From: Felis catus
Taxonomy: Eukaryota
Length of the DNA: 64,000 nt
NCBI RefSeq assembly: GCF_018350175.1
Contig: NC_058373.1
Location: 72,850,001-72,914,000, forward strand
Reading direction: 5' to 3'
Numbering within the stretch: position 1 is the first letter of the stretch; the number at the start of each line of letters is the position of its first letter. Shown piece by piece: positions 60,384 through 64,000 of this stretch. The translations under genes and the position numbers were made by a program. Under the pieces are notes generated by a model. It searched no databases, had not been told where the DNA came from, and saw only the letters and a list, made by a program, of their open reading frames with translations.

Positions 60384-60612
60384 GGGGCACCTGGGTGGCT
60401 CACTCAGTTAAGTGTCCCACTTGGGCTCAGGTCACGATCTGGCGGTTTGTGAGTTCGAGCCTCGTGTCGGGCTCTGTGCCGGCAGTTCACAGCCTGGAGC
60501 CTGCTTCGGATTCTGTGTCTCCCTTTTTTCTGGCCTTGCCTCACTCACACTCTCTCTCTGTCTTTCTCTCTGTCTCAAAAATAAATAAAAATAAAAAAAG
60601 ATTTTTTTAATG
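60384..60612 (+). mobile_element. Can-SINE specific to copy 2, without TSD, at a deletion junction
   Basis: Left flank matches copy 1 at ~44025; right flank matches copy 1 at ~45291. Confidence 0.85.
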
Positions 60613-62930
60613 TTTTAAAAGAGAGTAAGAGTAGACAACAAAAGTAGGAGGATAAAAATAGTGATAATCAGTGCTAGAATTAAGGCAGTAGAGACAAAGA
60701 AGCAAAGGAAAGAATCCATTTAAAATGGTTCTTTGAAAATAATTAGAAAATGGACCATTCTCTAATAAAATTTATCAAGGAAATAAAGAACATAGAAAAA
60801 TATTGTGTAAAGGAAGACTGTAGCTACAGACACAGTAAAAATTTAAATAATTATAAGAAGGCAGGAATAAATCCATACAAATTAATTAAAACTTAAAAAG
60901 TAAGACTTTCTAAAATTTGTCATCCAACAAAACTGGAAAGAAAAATTGAAAACTTGAATTTACAGGCAAATTAAAGAAATTTAAAACTCTAAAAAAAAAC
61001 ATGGTGTTTCACAGGCAAGTTACATCAAACCCAAGACCAATAATTTCCATTCCTGACTACTGAGAAAAAAAAAAAACCAGGAAGACTACTACTCAACACA
61101 TTTTATGAGACCAAGAGGACCACAATGACAATAATAAACAAAGGTGGATGGCAAAGTACAATTATAGACCAATATCACCTATTAAAAACAATGACTGCTC
61201 CTAAAAATATTATCAAACTAGCACTGAATATTGAAAAGTAACACTAATACACCATGATCATTTAAGATTCCCCCAGGAGTATGAGGAAGGTTAAATATAA
61301 GTGCAACATACCACACATAAAGACAGTAACTATAAAATTATCTCACTAAATGAGAAAAGTGATTTGGTCAAGTTTAACATGTATGTCTAATTAAAACCTC
61401 TTCACAAACTAGGAAGAAAAGGGAACTTCCTTCACCTGAACAAGGGAATCTTTGAATTTGTTTTCAAAGGGAGATATTAAAAGCATTCCCTTAAAAACTT
61501 GAAAAAGAGAAAGATTTCCAATATTATTCTTTCTATTCTACATTTCACTAAATGTCTTAATGAGTGCAGTAAAATTACTAAAACATTAGAACTGGAAGGA
61601 GAAAATACATCTATCATTAATCACAGATAGTTGATTCCATCGCTGGGGGAGAAAGTGTACAAATGAGCCTAGAATATCTTCTCCTCCCAGAAAACTAGGA
61701 AACCATCACAGGTTACAGAGGCCATGTCACAAAGGCTCAGGAGCCACCGTGAAAAGATTTCTGCTGGTAAAAATGGGACAATTCCCACATCAGTTAGACC
61801 ATGAATCCAATCAACTAAAACACATCAAATACGTCAAGTATGTTTAAATCCATGAGTTCCTAAAACAATCCTCCTTATTTACTTTTAAGGGTTTATTCTG
61901 GTTGCCTGAGATTTGCTTGGGACTATTTTGGTGTTTGTCCTGAGAAACGCCTCCATCTCAGGCAAGCAGGGATGGTTTGGTCACCCTAGAGGCGAATCAG
62001 CTCATTATCCTACAAACTGACAAATGAATGGAAAGAATCCTACACTTCACCTCAAAGTTAATCAAATAATTGGCAAGGAAAAATTATCTTAACAGAAATG
62101 CTTCAGTTAAAAAAGGAAGTAGAAATGATATAATTAGAATATCATTTTGCAAACCAACTCCTATTCAAACAATAGATCAACACACAGAGACACACACACA
62201 CCAAAAGACAACCTGACATTACATGCCTCCTGTGTAAAGGACACAACCCTATGATGTCTGGGATTTGCTTTAATCTAACCAGAACTGAAAGAGGTATAGA
62301 TGTGTAGGGTGATGCGGGTGTAGACGAACAAGACTGGCCATGACTTGATAATTGTGGAACCTGGAAATGAGTACGTGCTCTTTCAATGTACTATTCTCTC
62401 TTTGGTACATGTTTGAAATGTCCATAATTAAAAACTTTAAAATAACATAGCTAACATACAAATAAATTGTCAGAAATGCAAAGACTTATACTTACAATTC
62501 CGACCAAATCTTATTTAAAACAGTCAGAGAGGAATCAAAACAATATCAATGATGTTTAAACAAATTAAGGTCTGCTTACACAACAGAGTAGTATGAAGCT
62601 GTAAAAATCACATTTCACATACATTTGAATGACATGGTGGCATATTTATATACATAGTGTTCAACACAAAGAAGATTTTTAATTGGATCCCAATTTCATT
62701 AGGCTAGGCATACCTAATACTGAAAGAAATACATTAAAAATACTGAAAGAAATACAACAAAAAGTTATTTCTGGGTAATGAGTTTATGGTTCATTTTATT
62801 GCCTATTTTCTCCCTTTTCGTTATGTCCACACTGGACAAATTTCCTTCATGATAAACCATACACGACATGTTACCGATCAATGAGACAAGAGAGGCCTGG
62901 AGGAAGAGGGCAGGAGGCAGGCACACACAG

Positions 62931-62985
62931 CAGGAAGTGTGACTAAGCTGACGTATGCAGAAACCCCACTGCCAGCCCTATAGAA
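62931..62985 (+). promoter_or_regulatory. Candidate promoter of TRDV copy 2
   Basis: CAGGAAGT 62931-62938, TGACTAA, TGACGTA 62949-62955 (CRE-like) and TATAGAA 62979-62985. Confidence 0.55.
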
Positions 62986-63083
62986 GCAAGGCCACAGAGC
63001 CACCCAGCTCCAGTGACACTGCAAACGGCCTGGCAGGTGGCAGGCAGAACAAGAACCATTTAACTAGTGGGAAGGGCCCCAGG

Positions 63084-63617
63084 ATGCAGTCCGGACTGCC
63101 TATTCTTTTGTGCGCAGTGTTGGCTTTCATCCTCTTTGGTAAGGAGCCCACCACCCCAGCAGCCAGAGCCTGAGGGAGGGAGTTTGGGAAAGAAGTTAGA
63201 AGAGAACTTGACTGTGCCTTTCTCCACGTTGTTTTCTGGGTGAAAACCTGGCTATTTGTGACAGCTTTCTTGGGAGCAATGGCAGAAGCTAAGATATTTT
63301 TTTCTTCTTTTCTATAGGTTCCAGCAATACACAGAGCATCACTCAATCTCCAAGTTCAGTGCAGGAAAAAGAGGGAGAATCTGTGACCTTGGACTGCCGT
63401 TTCACACTCAACTTTGATTACTACGTGATGAGCTGGTATCAACAGCTTTCCAATGGAAAAATGACTGAAATCATTTATCTTGTATCTACTAGCACAAACA
63501 CTAGGGAAGGACGATATTCTGTGTCACATTGGGCAAGAGACAAAACCCTAAGGCTCACCATCACAGGCTTGATGCCCACAGACTCAGGCATCTATTTCTG
63601 TGCTGTTGGAGAAGCTC
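63084..63617 (+). CDS. T-cell receptor delta variable segment, copy 2 (leader 63084-63138, intron 63139-63317, V exon 63318-63617); paralogue of copy 1
   Basis: Leader MQSGLPILLCAVLAFILF ends G|GTAAGG; acceptor is TTCTTTTCTATAG|GT. V exon reads GSSNTQSITQSPSSVQEKEGESVTLDCRFTLNFDYYVMSWYQQLSNGKMTEIIYLVSTSTNTREGRYSVSHWARDKTLRLTITGLMPTDSGIYFCAVGEA. Frame is open and the exon length (300 nt) equals copy 1. Confidence 0.9.
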
Positions 63618-63656
63618 CACGGTGAGAGGACTGACAGGGAGAGCCTTACAAAAACC
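63618..63656 (+). other. V-RSS of TRDV copy 2 (23-bp spacer)
   Basis: CACGGTG (63618-63624), 23 nt, then ACAAAAACC (63648-63656). Confidence 0.92.
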
Positions 63657-64000
63657 CCCTGGGCTCAACACTTGCTCCAGGAGCTCAGGAGGAAACAACC
63701 ACAGGACCAAAAAAAAAGGTATACAGAAGGCATGGTAGGCGACACTGGTGGGTCTAAAGAGGAAGCTGATGAATGTTCTAGCAACATTCTTCCCACATCT
63801 GGTATCAAAGGAAGAGTTGTGGTTACAAGATCCCAGCCTCAAGAGCATTTTCACCTCGAATCTGGTGCCTAAGGATGATCACAAAGCCAATCAAGATATG
63901 CATCTGTCTCTTCTGCCTACCCAATATCCATCCCTCCTTTTCTGGTTGACAAGGCCCTGATTTTCCCTGGATAAACAAGCCACACCTCCTTTTACTCCAT

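Larger units (their letters stand above)
56674..64000 (+). repeat. Segmental duplication, copy 2 (runs off the window end)
   Basis: Begins TTTCCTAGAGGTTGCCC (~56674); offset to copy 1 at the V exon is 15105 bp. Confidence 0.92.

Noticed and set aside
1-64000. CRISPR arrays, rRNA, tRNA or other prokaryote-type systems
   Set aside because: None seen; the tRNA-like A/B boxes belong to tRNA-derived Can-SINEs.

Overview
Mammalian genomic DNA from a felid, judged from abundant cat-type Can-SINEs (SINEC_Fc-like). The window covers the junction of the T-cell receptor alpha and delta V regions (TRA/TRD locus). It holds four intact + strand V gene segments, each with a leader exon, intron, V exon and a 3' recombination signal sequence (RSS): TRAV40 (5518-5967), TRAV41 (8717-9244) and two paralogous TRDV genes (47980-48512 and 63084-63617). 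The TRDV pair is of a non-human subgroup, probably carnivore TRDV5-like, and sits in an old ~15-kb-period duplication (about 41885 onward vs about 56674 onward). The rest is repeat-rich: Can-SINEs, L1, L2, MIR, MaLR/MER21 LTRs, Tigger/hAT elements, a young ERV1 solo LTR and one 366-N assembly gap. Main leads: (1) a chain of phase-compatible minus-strand exon-like segments at 26.5-28.5 kb, a candidate hidden or decayed antisense gene, just downstream of the young solo LTR; (2) two ~98-99% identical non-coding blocks, one with a CTCF motif, shared by duplicates that are otherwise only ~80-87% identical where counted; (3) TRDV paralogue divergence concentrated on the ABED face and HV4 loop. Most short ORFs in the supplied track are repeat-derived noise. 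All family names come from recall; no database search was run.
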